The notes: generated by a model not told the origin, from the letters alone. Numbered from the stretch's first letter, positions 46,178 to 56,438 are shown. The stretch is 64,000 nt of DNA from Candidatus Lloydbacteria bacterium (GCA_016214545.1 JACROH010000001.1:116239-180238); one strand, 5' to 3'. Numbers and translations are program-made.

Positions 46178-46876
46178 TTATTCGTTGTTTGCCGGCTTTA
46201 TTTTTTTTACTTTTTCAAATAAATATAAGAGAAGGATAATGCCCGACCACAGCACGGAAAGAATAATAAAAGTGCTTTTATTTTGAGTTTGCAGAATAAA
46301 ATAATTAAAGGCGGCGTGCACGGCAATTGCAACCGCGATTCCCAGAACAGTGGCGATAATTTTTATTGCTCGGCGTTTGTAGAAGACAAGGCCCAATGCA
46401 ATGCCGATGGAACCCGATGCTACCACATGAAGAAGAGTCGCACCGAGGAAACGCAGATTCCCGGTAATTAGCCCTCCCATGAATTCGCCGTTATTGAATG
46501 AGGCCAACATAAAGAGTACATTCTCCAAAGCCGAAAAACCAAGCGCAACGGTGATGAAGTATATGGGCGCATCAACCGGCTCGTCGAAGAATCGGGTTCG
46601 CAAGTCGGCATAGACGGTGACCGCATACTTTACGATTTCTTCTATGAATGCCCATGCCAAGATAAGTAGCAATCCTCCGCTAAGCCGTGCATAGGCGAAT
46701 TGCTCTAAAGGAAAGACCAGAACGACGCTTGCCATGCCGGCAATGAAAGAAAAGAGGATGAGCCCGCGTGGCTCCGGACGCGCGGCATCTTCTTTTAGCC
46801 AAAACCATAACCACAAAAGCGCCGGAAGAATGCCTCCTATGAGCGCATAAAAAAGAATTTGCGGAGAGAAGGTCAT
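46178..46876 (-). CDS. prsW: PrsW-family intramembrane metalloprotease
   Basis: EP, IEEIVK, FDEPVD, ALGFSALEN, LH, HAAFN. Confidence 0.88.
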   Translation of the reverse strand: MTFSPQILFYALIGGILPALLWLWFWLKEDAARPEPRGLILFSFIAGMASVVLVFPLEQFAYARLSGGLLLILAWAFIEEIVKYAVTVYADLRTRFFDEPVDAPIYFITVALGFSALENVLFMLASFNNGEFMGGLITGNLRFLGATLLHVVASGSIGIALGLVFYKRRAIKIIATVLGIAVAIAVHAAFNYFILQTQNKSTFIILSVLWSGIILLLYLFEKVKKIKPANNE

Positions 46877-49074
46877 GATGTAATCGGTTTGGTGTCAGGC
46901 CACGGTGCGGCAATCAAAAGATTTTTTGTGCCCGGCATAACCGACCAGACGGCTTCGGTCACAAACGGCGCAAAAGGATGCAGCATGATTATGCAGTCGG
47001 TAAAAATATAGAGGAGCGTGTATTGTGCGGAGATTTTATCTTGCCCGTTCGCATCGTCTTTAAGCCGCGGTTTTGTTTGTTCGATAATAACATCGGCGAA
47101 AGTATGCCAAAAATAATGATACAGTTTTTCTGATGCGAGATGCAGGCGGTATGCTTCAATGTCCGCGGTGATTTCTTTGGTGAATGTTTCAAATTCTGAA
47201 AGGGTGCGCGCGTCTATTTCGGAAAGGGCAGGGGCGGCGTTGATTGACATACTATTTGTGTTTGATAATACGAAACGCGCGGCGTTCCAGATTTTATTTG
47301 CAAAATGTTTATAGCCGCGGATTTTATCTTCCGAAAGGCTGATGTCGTTGCCCGCCGGCGCGCCTATTAAAAGCGAAAGACGCGTCGCATCGGCGCCGTA
47401 TTTTTCAATCATATCAAGCGGGTTAATGGTGTTGCCGAGCGATTTGCTCATTTTGCGGCCTTTTGCATCGCGCACGAGCCCGTGCAGATAGACCGTCTTG
47501 AACGGAACGTCGCCGAGGAGGTATCCGGACATAAGAATCATTCGCGCAACCCAAAAGAAAATAATATCGTATCCGGTTTCAAGGAGGCTGGTGGGATGAA
47601 ACATTTTAAAATCAGCATTTTCTGTATCAGGCCAGCCAAGCGTTGAAAAGGTCCACAAGCCCGACGAAAACCAAGTATCGAGCGTATCGGGGTCTTGAGT
47701 CCATCCGCTTTCTTTGGGGGTTTCTCCGGCGTGGATCTGGCTATCTTTATACCAAACCGGAATCCGATGTCCGTACCAAATTTGGCGCGAGACGCACCAG
47801 TCATGCAGGTTGTTTATCCAATTAAAATAAATTTTTTCGAATCTATCGGGGATAATTTGTATTTGTTTGCTTTCCACCACGTGCCGCATGAGGCGCTTTA
47901 AAGTGGTGGTGGCGCCGGAAGAGATGCCTTCAATCGAGGAGCGGGGAAGCGTAAATTCTTTATCTACCGCGACAAACCACTGCTTTTTTATTTGCGGTTC
48001 AATGACTCCTCCGCCGCGGCTGTTTATCGCAATATTATGAACATACTTTTCATCCACTTTTTCAAGCAAGCCTTTTTCTTTTAATTTTTCCACGATAAGG
48101 GGGCGCGCTTTTTTGATGTGCTGTCCCGCGAATTCCCCGGCAACGGGCAGAAGGATACCGCGCTCGTCGATGATTTGTTCTTTATCGAGGTCGTGTCGTT
48201 CCGCAATCTCAAAATCAGTCGTATCATGCCATGGGGTAATGGTCATAACGCCGGTACCGAATGTCATATCAATCGCGCTGTCTTTGACTATCGTGGCCGT
48301 GATCGGACCATTTATCCATTCAAGCTCTATTTTTTGGCCGTCTTTGTATTTGGCATATCGCGCGTCATCGGGATGCATGACGACGTATTTGTCTCCGAAT
48401 TTTGTTTCAGGACGTGATGTGCCGATAGTAAACGGACCATAGGTAAGATAATAGAAGGGCGCGGTTTCTTCCTGCCACTCGATTTCATCATCAGAGACGG
48501 TGGTTTGCAGTTTTGGGTCCCAGTTGACGATGCGTGCGCCGCGGTAAATGAGACCGTCGTCGTACATTTTTTTAAACGCGGTGTTGACCGCGCGGCCGCG
48601 CTTCTCGTCAAGCGTGAAGGCTTCGCGGGACCAGTCAACCGATGCCCCCATTTTTTTTATTTGATTTACAATCGTGTCGTGGCTTTCTTGCGCAAATGTT
48701 TCCACTTGTTTTAAAAATACTTCGCGCTCGAAATCATGCCGCGTTTTCTTTTCTTTTTTATAGATATCGGCTTCCACACGGGATTGGGTGGCGATGGCCG
48801 CATGGTCGGTGCCCGGAACCCAAAGCGTTTTGTGGCCCCGCATGCGCTTGTAGCGGACAATACTGTCCTCAATGGCGAGCATGGCCGCGTGCCCTATGTG
48901 AAGGGTGCCGGTTACATTTGGCGGAGGCAGCACTATTGAAAAACGCGGACCGTCTTCGCTGCCGGTTTTTTCCGGCGTAAAAAAGCCGCTTTTTTGCCAT
49001 GTTTCATACAGGGCGTCCTCGTGCTCTTTGGGGTTGTAGGGCTTAAGCAATCGTTCGTCCATAACGTCTTTCAT
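46873..49074 (-). CDS. valS: valine--tRNA ligase (no C-terminal coiled coil)
   Basis: PPPNVTGTLHIGH, GTDHAAIATQ, WCVSRQIWYGHRIP, DTWFSS, KMSKS. Confidence 0.97.
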   Translation of the reverse strand: MKDVMDERLLKPYNPKEHEDALYETWQKSGFFTPEKTGSEDGPRFSIVLPPPNVTGTLHIGHAAMLAIEDSIVRYKRMRGHKTLWVPGTDHAAIATQSRVEADIYKKEKKTRHDFEREVFLKQVETFAQESHDTIVNQIKKMGASVDWSREAFTLDEKRGRAVNTAFKKMYDDGLIYRGARIVNWDPKLQTTVSDDEIEWQEETAPFYYLTYGPFTIGTSRPETKFGDKYVVMHPDDARYAKYKDGQKIELEWINGPITATIVKDSAIDMTFGTGVMTITPWHDTTDFEIAERHDLDKEQIIDERGILLPVAGEFAGQHIKKARPLIVEKLKEKGLLEKVDEKYVHNIAINSRGGGVIEPQIKKQWFVAVDKEFTLPRSSIEGISSGATTTLKRLMRHVVESKQIQIIPDRFEKIYFNWINNLHDWCVSRQIWYGHRIPVWYKDSQIHAGETPKESGWTQDPDTLDTWFSSGLWTFSTLGWPDTENADFKMFHPTSLLETGYDIIFFWVARMILMSGYLLGDVPFKTVYLHGLVRDAKGRKMSKSLGNTINPLDMIEKYGADATRLSLLIGAPAGNDISLSEDKIRGYKHFANKIWNAARFVLSNTNSMSINAAPALSEIDARTLSEFETFTKEITADIEAYRLHLASEKLYHYFWHTFADVIIEQTKPRLKDDANGQDKISAQYTLLYIFTDCIIMLHPFAPFVTEAVWSVMPGTKNLLIAAPWPDTKPITS

Positions 49075-49178
49075 ATTAACACGATTTGCGTTCTATAAAA
49101 AATGAGGTATCTTTATCACAGATTCACGATGGGTGCCGTATCAAGCAGCGCTTAGTCCCTTACTTAAAGGAGGATGTC

Positions 49179-49403
49179 GTGGAAAGACAGGAGACCCCGC
49201 AAGAAATGTATGAAAGAATGAGAAGAGAAAGAAAAGAGAGGGAAAAACCGGCGGAAGACAAAAAAGATATTTTTATGATTATGTTTATTTCTTTGGCTAT
49301 CATCGGCCTTCTGGTTATTGCCGTCATGGGTTCTAAAAAAGAGCCGCCAAAAGAATTCGGGCTAATCAAAAGTATGATGAAGCAGAATAACGGGGCGAAA
49401 TAA
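49179..49403 (+). CDS. small single-TM hypothetical protein
   Basis: GTG at 49179 after AAAGGAGG; hydrophobic stretch. Confidence 0.5.
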   Translation: MERQETPQEMYERMRRERKEREKPAEDKKDIFMIMFISLAIIGLLVIAVMGSKKEPPKEFGLIKSMMKQNNGAK

Positions 49404-49412
49404 AATTTGTAT

Positions 49413-50648
49413 TTATGTCCGCGGTAGAAATATCGCGGGCATTTTTTGTGCATCGATTCGCACGTTCCCGAGGGCTTTCAGTGCTGAAAGTTTTTTTGTT
49501 TTTACGCGCATTTTTTTTGCCGCCGGCTTTTTTTTGAAATAGGCGGCGAGCGCGATCATCGCGGCATTGTCGCCGGTGAATGAAGAGTCGGGGAGCCTCA
49601 GGGTGATATTTTCTGCATGGCGCGCCGTTGCTTCTTCAAGCGTCTTTCTGATTGCCGTATTTGCCGAAACGCCGCCGCCGACTAGGAGCATCCGCGGCGA
49701 GTGTTCCGATATTGCTCGCATTGTTTTTGAAACAATCACTTCTGCCGCCGCCGACTCAAATTCGTGGCAAATTTCCGCGATGAGCCCCCCAGTCAGCGGG
49801 ACTTTTTTCTTTTGTAAATCATCAAGCAAATATCTGACCGCTGTTTTGAGTCCCGAAAATGAAAAATTGCAATCATCGGAATGAAGCATCGGGCGCGGAA
49901 GAGAAATGCCCAATTTTTTTCCGCTTGGGTCAAACATTCCTGCGCGCTTTGAAACTTCCGGTCCGCCCGGATAGGGGAGCGAGAGCATGCGAGCCGCCTT
50001 ATCAAATGCTTCGCCCACCGCATCGTCTCGCGTCTGACCGATGACGCGATAGGTATCCCACCGCTTCATCAACACAAGCTCGGTGTGGCCTCCTGAAATG
50101 AGGAGCGCAAGAACGGGAAAGGGAAGGCTCGGAACGCGGAAAGTATCGCCCCGCATGAAAGGAGAAAACAAATGACCTTCCATATGGTTTACCGGAATGA
50201 TGGGGATGTTCCACGCGAGGGAAAGAGCTTTTGCAAAATTGATGCCGACCCAGAGCGCCGGTTCAAGCCCCGGACCGTAGGTGACCGCGATGGCGTCGAT
50301 GGCGGGTTTTTTGATGTTTGGTATTTCTTTTAAAAACGGCTCAAGCAACCCCGGTTCTTTTTCAAACAGCTTCTCCGCAAAAGAAAAATTTTGTTTGTGT
50401 GGCACCGGTTTCTTTTTTGAAAACAGACGGGCTTTTTTGAGCGCGGCAACAAGAAGTGGCACGAGATTTTTTGCATGCTCGCGCTTTGCGAGCGACGGGA
50501 ACACGCCGCCATACGGCGCATGAATTTCGATTTGCGAATGCACCATGTTTGCCAATATGCGCGCTTTGGTGCTCTTGCCAACAGCCGCAATATCAAGAAT
50601 CGCGATAGCGGTTTCATCACAGCTTGTTTCTATGGCTAAAATTTTCAT
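49413..50648 (-). CDS. tsaD: tRNA N6-adenosine threonylcarbamoyltransferase
   Basis: ILAIETSCDET, GPGL, NHMEGH, SGGHT, DDAVGEAFDK, FSFSGLKT, DNAAMIA. Confidence 0.96.
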   Translation of the reverse strand: MKILAIETSCDETAIAILDIAAVGKSTKARILANMVHSQIEIHAPYGGVFPSLAKREHAKNLVPLLVAALKKARLFSKKKPVPHKQNFSFAEKLFEKEPGLLEPFLKEIPNIKKPAIDAIAVTYGPGLEPALWVGINFAKALSLAWNIPIIPVNHMEGHLFSPFMRGDTFRVPSLPFPVLALLISGGHTELVLMKRWDTYRVIGQTRDDAVGEAFDKAARMLSLPYPGGPEVSKRAGMFDPSGKKLGISLPRPMLHSDDCNFSFSGLKTAVRYLLDDLQKKKVPLTGGLIAEICHEFESAAAEVIVSKTMRAISEHSPRMLLVGGGVSANTAIRKTLEEATARHAENITLRLPDSSFTGDNAAMIALAAYFKKKPAAKKMRVKTKKLSALKALGNVRIDAQKMPAIFLPRT

Positions 50649-50660
50649 TTTTTTGTGGGG

Positions 50661-51911
50661 TTATGTCTTGTGGCGGGCGCGGTGCGGTTTTTGGGGAATA
50701 AGCGCAAACGAAAGTCCGCTATGCGAATGATGTTCCCGCATCTTTATTTGATACACTGCCCAGATGATAAGTATCGGAATAGCGCCGATAATAATAGTCA
50801 TTGAGGGGCCGACCAATCCGTAAGCGATACCCGCAAAAACCGGACCGATTGCCCAGCCCAAATCCTGAAAGAAACCGATGACGCCCGCAATTACACCGTC
50901 GCTCGCATGCTCTCGGTCGAGCGAATGAAGCCACGACCAAAGCGAAAGCCCGGCCATTTCGTCGCCGGTCGTCGCCAAAAATCCAAAGAGAAGAAAGAGC
51001 CACCCGAAGTTTAACCCAAGAAGCATGCCCGAGATTGAAAAAATCAGAAGTCCAAAAAATACGAGAGTGCGCTTATTTGCTTTGTCGGCAAGACTGCCTA
51101 ATAAAAATCCCAAAGCGACGACCGCGAAGTCAAAAATACCGAGCCCTAACCCAAGGAGCTTTGCATCGGCTTGGTGTGCGATGACTAAGGGCACCACAAA
51201 CCAAATGACGCCGTAGAATATCGAGCCGGCGAGGTCGAGCATGATGAGCATGCTGCTTGCCGGGTTAAGCCGCCTCATCGCTTGGATGGTCGTGTGAATA
51301 AAATGTCGGCGGATGTAGTGGTGTTGCGTTGGAAGTTTTGTTTCTGCGTGTACGGATACTCGGTCTTTCGGGCTGAAAAAAAGCGCAATGAAAGAAACAA
51401 ACAGGAACGCGAATATGACGTAGCCCATGTAGCTATAATGCGGAGCAAACAAAAGCACAAACGGCAGCGCCGCGCTTCCCAACATCATGCCGATTGAGCC
51501 GGCGACATCCCGCAAAGAAATAAATTTTCCGGCGGATTCTTTCGGTGCGTGCGAGAGGATATATGCGTTGACGCCGGAGCCGTAAAAAAGCCATCCAAAA
51601 ATACTAAAAAAAATACTCAAGAAATAGGTGTTGATGGTGAGTCCGTAGCTGATGCATAATGCGGCAACGAGAAAAAGAAACGTAGTAATTTTGAGAAACC
51701 GCAAATAGCCGTAGCGGTCAAGCAGGTGCCCTGCGGGCACATCAAGCAAAAGCTGCACCAAAGAACTGCCTCCCATGAGGATGCCCACAAGCCATAGTGG
51801 TAAGAATTTTTCTCCTAACGGCGAAATGAGCGAATAATGCAGCCCGCCTCCGAATTTGAAAAAGATTAAAAAAATCCAAAACGGAAAAAATTTCCAAAAA
51901 ATTTGTTTCAT
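50661..51911 (-). CDS. MFS transporter
   Basis: About 12 TM helices; GHLLDRYG and GSLADK loop motifs. Confidence 0.82.
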   Translation of the reverse strand: MKQIFWKFFPFWIFLIFFKFGGGLHYSLISPLGEKFLPLWLVGILMGGSSLVQLLLDVPAGHLLDRYGYLRFLKITTFLFLVAALCISYGLTINTYFLSIFFSIFGWLFYGSGVNAYILSHAPKESAGKFISLRDVAGSIGMMLGSAALPFVLLFAPHYSYMGYVIFAFLFVSFIALFFSPKDRVSVHAETKLPTQHHYIRRHFIHTTIQAMRRLNPASSMLIMLDLAGSIFYGVIWFVVPLVIAHQADAKLLGLGLGIFDFAVVALGFLLGSLADKANKRTLVFFGLLIFSISGMLLGLNFGWLFLLFGFLATTGDEMAGLSLWSWLHSLDREHASDGVIAGVIGFFQDLGWAIGPVFAGIAYGLVGPSMTIIIGAIPILIIWAVYQIKMREHHSHSGLSFALIPQKPHRARHKT

Positions 51912-51921
51912 ATTGAATCAG

Positions 51922-51994
51922 TGGGCGATACAGGATTCGAACCTGTGGCCTTTCGCACGTCAAGCGAACGCTCTACCAACTGAGCTAACCGCCC
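51922..51994 (-). tRNA. tRNA-Val(GAC)
   Basis: GGGCGGTTAGCTCAGTTGGTAGAGCG TTCGC-TTGACGT-GCGAA..ACAGGTTCGAATCCTGT ATCGCCCA. Confidence 0.95.
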
Positions 51995-52148
51995 GTCATT
52001 GTAATTATAGATTATTACGGATATTTTTGTGTATTGTTTCGACTTTATCTACCAAAACAACTAACCGCCCCTTTATTTTTACGACTTGTCTGGCAGGACA
52101 GCCAATTGCCCTCGCACGAGATTACTATACTATCACATTAGCCGATTT

Positions 52149-52781
52149 TCAATTTCGTTCTTTGGGCTGGTCGGGTTGAGAGCGGGAGCGCCGATATTGC
52201 CGATAGAGCCAATATCCGCAATAAGCAATTATGCCCAAGGCTATAAATATGTCGACGCTTTCGCTGTATTTTTTTATTTCCCCCCAATTGCTTCCGAGCA
52301 CATATCCCACATACGCCAAAAAAGAATTCCACATGCTGGCGCCAATGGTCGTGTAGAGGGTGAAGCGCATCAAAGGCATTTCGCCGATGCCGGCCGGTAT
52401 GGAAATCAAATGTCTCACGACGGGGATAAACCGGCTGATGAAAATGGCCTTATTCCCGAATCGATTAAAAAAAAGTTCCGTCATCAGCAGATGTTTTTCA
52501 TTGAGAAAAAAATAATTTCCATAACGGAGAATGAACGCTCTGCCGCCGTAGAACCCGATGGCATACGACGCGAGCGATCCTGCGATGCTGCCGGCCGTGC
52601 CTGCCAAAACGATAGGCCAAAAAGACATGCCGCCGGAAAACCACAAAAAGCCTGCGAACGGCATCACGGCCTCGCTCGGGACGGGGAAAATCATACTCTC
52701 GAGAATCATGAGAAAAAAAATTCCCATGTATCCGCCCGCGTTTATGGTAGAAACAAAAAAGTTGAGGAGGTATTCGGTCAT
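52149..52781 (-). CDS. DedA family membrane protein
   Basis: LES..FPVPSE..MPFAG, YGGR, SRFIPVVRHLISIPAG. Confidence 0.92.
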   Translation of the reverse strand: MTEYLLNFFVSTINAGGYMGIFFLMILESMIFPVPSEAVMPFAGFLWFSGGMSFWPIVLAGTAGSIAGSLASYAIGFYGGRAFILRYGNYFFLNEKHLLMTELFFNRFGNKAIFISRFIPVVRHLISIPAGIGEMPLMRFTLYTTIGASMWNSFLAYVGYVLGSNWGEIKKYSESVDIFIALGIIAYCGYWLYRQYRRSRSQPDQPKERN

Positions 52782-52783
52782 GG

Positions 52784-53131
52784 TTAAGCGCTTGCTTCCG
52801 AGCCGGCTTCTTTTTTCGTTTGTTTAATTGCTTGGCGCAATTCCATTTCAGGATGTTTGAGGATTGCGCGTACTACGTCTTTAATGTCGGCGCTGTCCAC
52901 CATCTTTTTTCCGTCTTCGCTCCAAAACGGAATTTTGTCCCACGCGTGGACACGCGTGCGTCCCGTTTCTTTTCCTGTTTCGTCGAAGCGGGGGATTTCA
53001 AAAAATTCACCGGTATATTCAATGCCAAATTCTTTGGCGATATTTTCTCCCCATTCTTGCCGAGCGCGCTGTTCCGCGCGGTTTCGTTCGTCCTCGGCGC
53101 TCACTCTCGGGGCTTGTTCGTGATTTTTCAT
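52784..53131 (-). CDS. hypothetical protein
   Basis: 115-aa ORF directly upstream of and co-oriented with the DedA gene. Confidence 0.55.
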   Translation of the reverse strand: MKNHEQAPRVSAEDERNRAEQRARQEWGENIAKEFGIEYTGEFFEIPRFDETGKETGRTRVHAWDKIPFWSEDGKKMVDSADIKDVVRAILKHPEMELRQAIKQTKKEAGSEASA

Positions 53132-53264
53132 ATACCTCTTTTATACACGCCTTTCCGGCAAACAACAAGGTATTTCTCGCCAGCCTCTGGGGCTTTTGCC
53201 AAGAGGACGAAGTGGATAAAATCGCTTCTCTTGGCAAAAATGAAAGTGGTATAATAGATACATT

Positions 53265-53510
53265 ATGAAACAATCAACAATCGTTATTTTGGTTGTCGTT
53301 TTTATCGCTCTGGCCGCTTGGCTTTTTGTGAGCAAAAAACAGGCAATCGCACCCGAAGCTCTGAAAGACGCCTCATTGGGCGGAGCGCTTTCGGAGGGAA
53401 CAGGAGTGGGAGGCACGCAGCCGCTCGAGAAATTACCAAACGTGAATCCATTTAATTCGGTCGAAACGAATCCGTATAAACAAGGATATACCAATCCTTT
53501 TGCTCGATAA
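53265..53510 (+). CDS. small membrane-anchored hypothetical protein
   Basis: N-terminal TM; NPF..NPY..NPF tail. Confidence 0.6.
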   Translation: MKQSTIVILVVVFIALAAWLFVSKKQAIAPEALKDASLGGALSEGTGVGGTQPLEKLPNVNPFNSVETNPYKQGYTNPFAR

Positions 53511-53521
53511 TAGATATTAGT

Positions 53522-55648
53522 ATGAAAAAAATAAATTTTAATTTTGCCGTATCTAATTTTGCCGTTCTTTTGGCGGCGGCTTTTCTTTCTTTTTCGGGCA
53601 TAGCCGCACATGTGGCAACTGCGGCCGATAACGCCTGGGCGGATTACATAAATTCAGGTAAGACCTTTTATGTAATATTTGATGCCGCTACCTTTGATGA
53701 TTCCGGCTGGCAGGGAGCGAAAGACCCGATGGGCACGCTCAAGGCGGGCGAAACCTACACCGTCGTCTATAATCCCGCGACCACCAATTGGGCGGTGACC
53801 GGCTACAACGAAGGCACTGGCGGGAGTCTTTCTTTCGGATATAAAACGACCAGCCCGAAAGACGGGAAACTAAATCTTTGGGGGAGAGTGTACGCGTTTA
53901 ATGCTTCGGGAGAAGTCGTTGACAGTGCTTATGGTCTTGTCGGGCACTTGAGCAAGACGGCAAAGCCGCAAAGCGTTTATCCGATAAAAGAGCTCGGTAG
54001 CTGCAAGAGCGAAGCCGACTGCAAATCATACTGCGATAATCAAAACAATATTTCGGCCTGTGTTTCCTACGGCGAGAAAAATGGTCTTCTCACTAAAGAG
54101 CAAGCCGAACAATCAAAAAAATTTGCCGATGTGCTGAAAGGAGAGGGTCCGGGCCAGTGTAATTCAAAAGCCTCATGCGAAGCTTTTTGCAGTGATTTGA
54201 AAAATATTGATTCCTGCCTTTCTTTTGCCGAAAAGCACGACCTGATTCCGGCCGGGGCGCTCAAAGAAGCCAAACAGGTGGCGCAGGCGCTTAAATCCGG
54301 AGCCACGATGCCCGGAGGCTGTAAAAACAAAGAGTCTTGCTCAAATTATTGCGCCGTTTCAACTCATGCCGAAGAGTGTCTTGGATTTGCCGAGAAGGCC
54401 GGTTTTGTGAGCGCGGAAGAAGCGAGCCTTGCAAGAAAAGTGTTGCCACTTATCAATTCGGGCGAATCGCCGGGCGGGTGCAAGACGAAAGCTGAATGTC
54501 AAAAATATTGCGACAATGATAGCAATACAACCGAATGTTTGAATTTTGCCGAAAAAGCGGGGCTCATTAGCCCTGAAGATGCGGCAATAGCAAAGAAAGT
54601 GGGAGGAAAAGGCCCGGGCGGATGCCGTTCAAAAGATACGTGCGATGCGTTTTGCAATAACCTCGGCAATCAGGAAGTGTGTTTCCAGTTTGCCAAAGAG
54701 CACGATATTATTCCTTCCGACAAACTGAAAGAAATAGAAGATGGCATGGGAAGAATGCGTGCCGGATTGAAGCAGTCGCCGAAAGAGGTTATTCAATGTT
54801 TGAAGGATAATTTCGGAGAAAATGTCATCGGGCAAATCGAAAGCGGTAAATTTATGCCCGGACCTGAAATGGGAGCAAAAATAAAAGATTGCTTTGAAAA
54901 AAATATGGGCAAAATGGTAGAACAGCTGCAAGGGGCGCTCAATCAGGCGCCGCCCGAAACGGTTGCTTGTCTTGAAAAAGGGCTGGGAGAATCCGGAGAG
55001 CTAGAAAAAATAAAAGCGGGAGAAGCGCCAAAACCGGAACAGGGCGATGTGCTCAGAAAATGTTTTGAAAATATGCGGGTGGAAGGAATGAAGAAGTTTC
55101 AGGAAGGATTGGGCCAAATGCCGGAAGAGGCGCGGGCGTGCATAGAAGAAAAGCTCGGAAAAGATAAAGTATCGGCCATTGAGAGAGGCGAGGATGTCGA
55201 GATCGGACCCGAAATCGGGCAAGTAATGCAAGGATGTGCGGGGACGATTAAAGAATCGGCGCTCAAAATGATGGAAGATCGATTGAGTGGTGCGCCGCCT
55301 GAAATTCGCGATTGCATCAAATCAAAAATAGGTGATGTGTCGAAAATGACGAGTGCGCCGTCGAATATCCAGGAGATTATTGCCGGTTGCATGGCAAACT
55401 TCAAGCCGAATATCCCCGCAAGCTTTAAACCTGAAAATATACCGGAAGGGCTCAAGCCGGGAGATATTCCAAACGGGGAAGACTTCAAGATTCCTTCAGG
55501 AAACTTTGGCCCGTCATCGGGTGAGGGCAGTGCGCCTTCTGCCGGAGTCGCGCCGGCGGCCGACTGCAGTCTTTTTGCCTCGGTGCCGTCATGCTCCTAT
55601 GTGCCTGAAGCGGCACGAGACATGTGTGAAAAGTGCAAAGGGGATTAA
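53522..55648 (+). CDS. secreted cysteine-rich repeat protein
   Basis: Signal peptide; about 5 (G/S)PG(G/Q)C.(S/T)K..C..(Y/F)C repeats followed by Cys-spaced helical repeats; C-terminal CSLFASVPSCSYV..C..C. Confidence 0.75.
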   Translation: MKKINFNFAVSNFAVLLAAAFLSFSGIAAHVATAADNAWADYINSGKTFYVIFDAATFDDSGWQGAKDPMGTLKAGETYTVVYNPATTNWAVTGYNEGTGGSLSFGYKTTSPKDGKLNLWGRVYAFNASGEVVDSAYGLVGHLSKTAKPQSVYPIKELGSCKSEADCKSYCDNQNNISACVSYGEKNGLLTKEQAEQSKKFADVLKGEGPGQCNSKASCEAFCSDLKNIDSCLSFAEKHDLIPAGALKEAKQVAQALKSGATMPGGCKNKESCSNYCAVSTHAEECLGFAEKAGFVSAEEASLARKVLPLINSGESPGGCKTKAECQKYCDNDSNTTECLNFAEKAGLISPEDAAIAKKVGGKGPGGCRSKDTCDAFCNNLGNQEVCFQFAKEHDIIPSDKLKEIEDGMGRMRAGLKQSPKEVIQCLKDNFGENVIGQIESGKFMPGPEMGAKIKDCFEKNMGKMVEQLQGALNQAPPETVACLEKGLGESGELEKIKAGEAPKPEQGDVLRKCFENMRVEGMKKFQEGLGQMPEEARACIEEKLGKDKVSAIERGEDVEIGPEIGQVMQGCAGTIKESALKMMEDRLSGAPPEIRDCIKSKIGDVSKMTSAPSNIQEIIAGCMANFKPNIPASFKPENIPEGLKPGDIPNGEDFKIPSGNFGPSSGEGSAPSAGVAPAADCSLFASVPSCSYVPEAARDMCEKCKGD

Positions 55649-55740
55649 AAAAAGACCTGATAATGTTGATTTAAAAATACCCGTATGCCGCTGGTGTACG
55701 GGTATTTTTATTTGGCTTCAAATCGCGAAGTTTCAATCTG

Positions 55741-55940
55741 CGGAGAGGGAGGGATTCGGTCAGGAGTCGGTTATTTTTATACTACGCTTCGCTTCGTTAA
55801 AAATATACCGCTCACGACCCTGGCTCGGCGGAAAGAAAAGTTTTGCAAACTTTCCTCCGCCTCCGCCTTTCTAATCCCTCCTCGCGTCGATAGACGCCAA
55901 ATTTTGATAGCTATGAAAACGCTATCAAAATTTGTCGTTA
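55741..55940 (-). repeat. tRNA-3'-associated structured element (copy 2)
   Basis: 18-bp exact duplicate of the tRNA-Ser 3' end (55741-55758 = 55941-55958); internal inverted copy; core motifs shared with 40290-40468. Confidence 0.75.
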
Positions 55941-56027
55941 CGGAGAGGGAGGGATTCGAACCCTCGATCCAGTTACCCGGATGCCGGTTTTCGAAACCGG
56001 TGCCTTCGACCACTCAGCCACCTCTCC
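55941..56027 (-). tRNA. tRNA-Ser(CGA)
   Basis: GGAGAGG acceptor; CCGGT-TTCGAAA-ACCGG; long variable arm; GAGGGTTCGAATCCCTC. Confidence 0.95.
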
Positions 56028-56089
56028 ATCGGAGCCTATAATAGCACGCCCTTGTGTTTTTTTGAATGTTTGTTATGATAAAGCGCATT

Positions 56090-56407
56090 ATGACATTTGC
56101 TATTATAGAAACGGGCGGCAAGCAGTATCGCGTCTCGGACGGCGATGCTTTGATGATAGAAAAATTGCCGGGTGAATATAAAGAGGGCGATTCGGTCGTG
56201 TTTGATAAAGTGCTTCTTTTTGACGATGGCAAAACAACGAAAGTCGGAGCACCCTATATTGAAGGGGCGACTGTTGAAGCGTCTTTTGAAAAAGTTGGTA
56301 GGGCAAAGAAAGTAACGGTCATCAAATACAAACAAAAGAGCCGCTATTTCAAAAAGAGAGGACACCGCCAGCCGTTTACGAAAGTAAAAATCGATAAAGT
56401 AAAATAA
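56090..56407 (+). CDS. rplU: 50S ribosomal protein L21
   Basis: [25 protein letters not shown]. Confidence 0.97.
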   Translation: MTFAIIETGGKQYRVSDGDALMIEKLPGEYKEGDSVVFDKVLLFDDGKTTKVGAPYIEGATVEASFEKVGRAKKVTVIKYKQKSRYFKKRGHRQPFTKVKIDKVK

Positions 56408-56438
56408 CAAAAAAATTCCGCTCACAAGCGGAATTTTT

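Noticed and set aside
6076-49074. PheS, AlaS, ValS and RplM as pseudogenes because they are short
   Set aside because: The catalytic motifs are intact with no internal stops; domain trimming is common in reduced CPR genomes.
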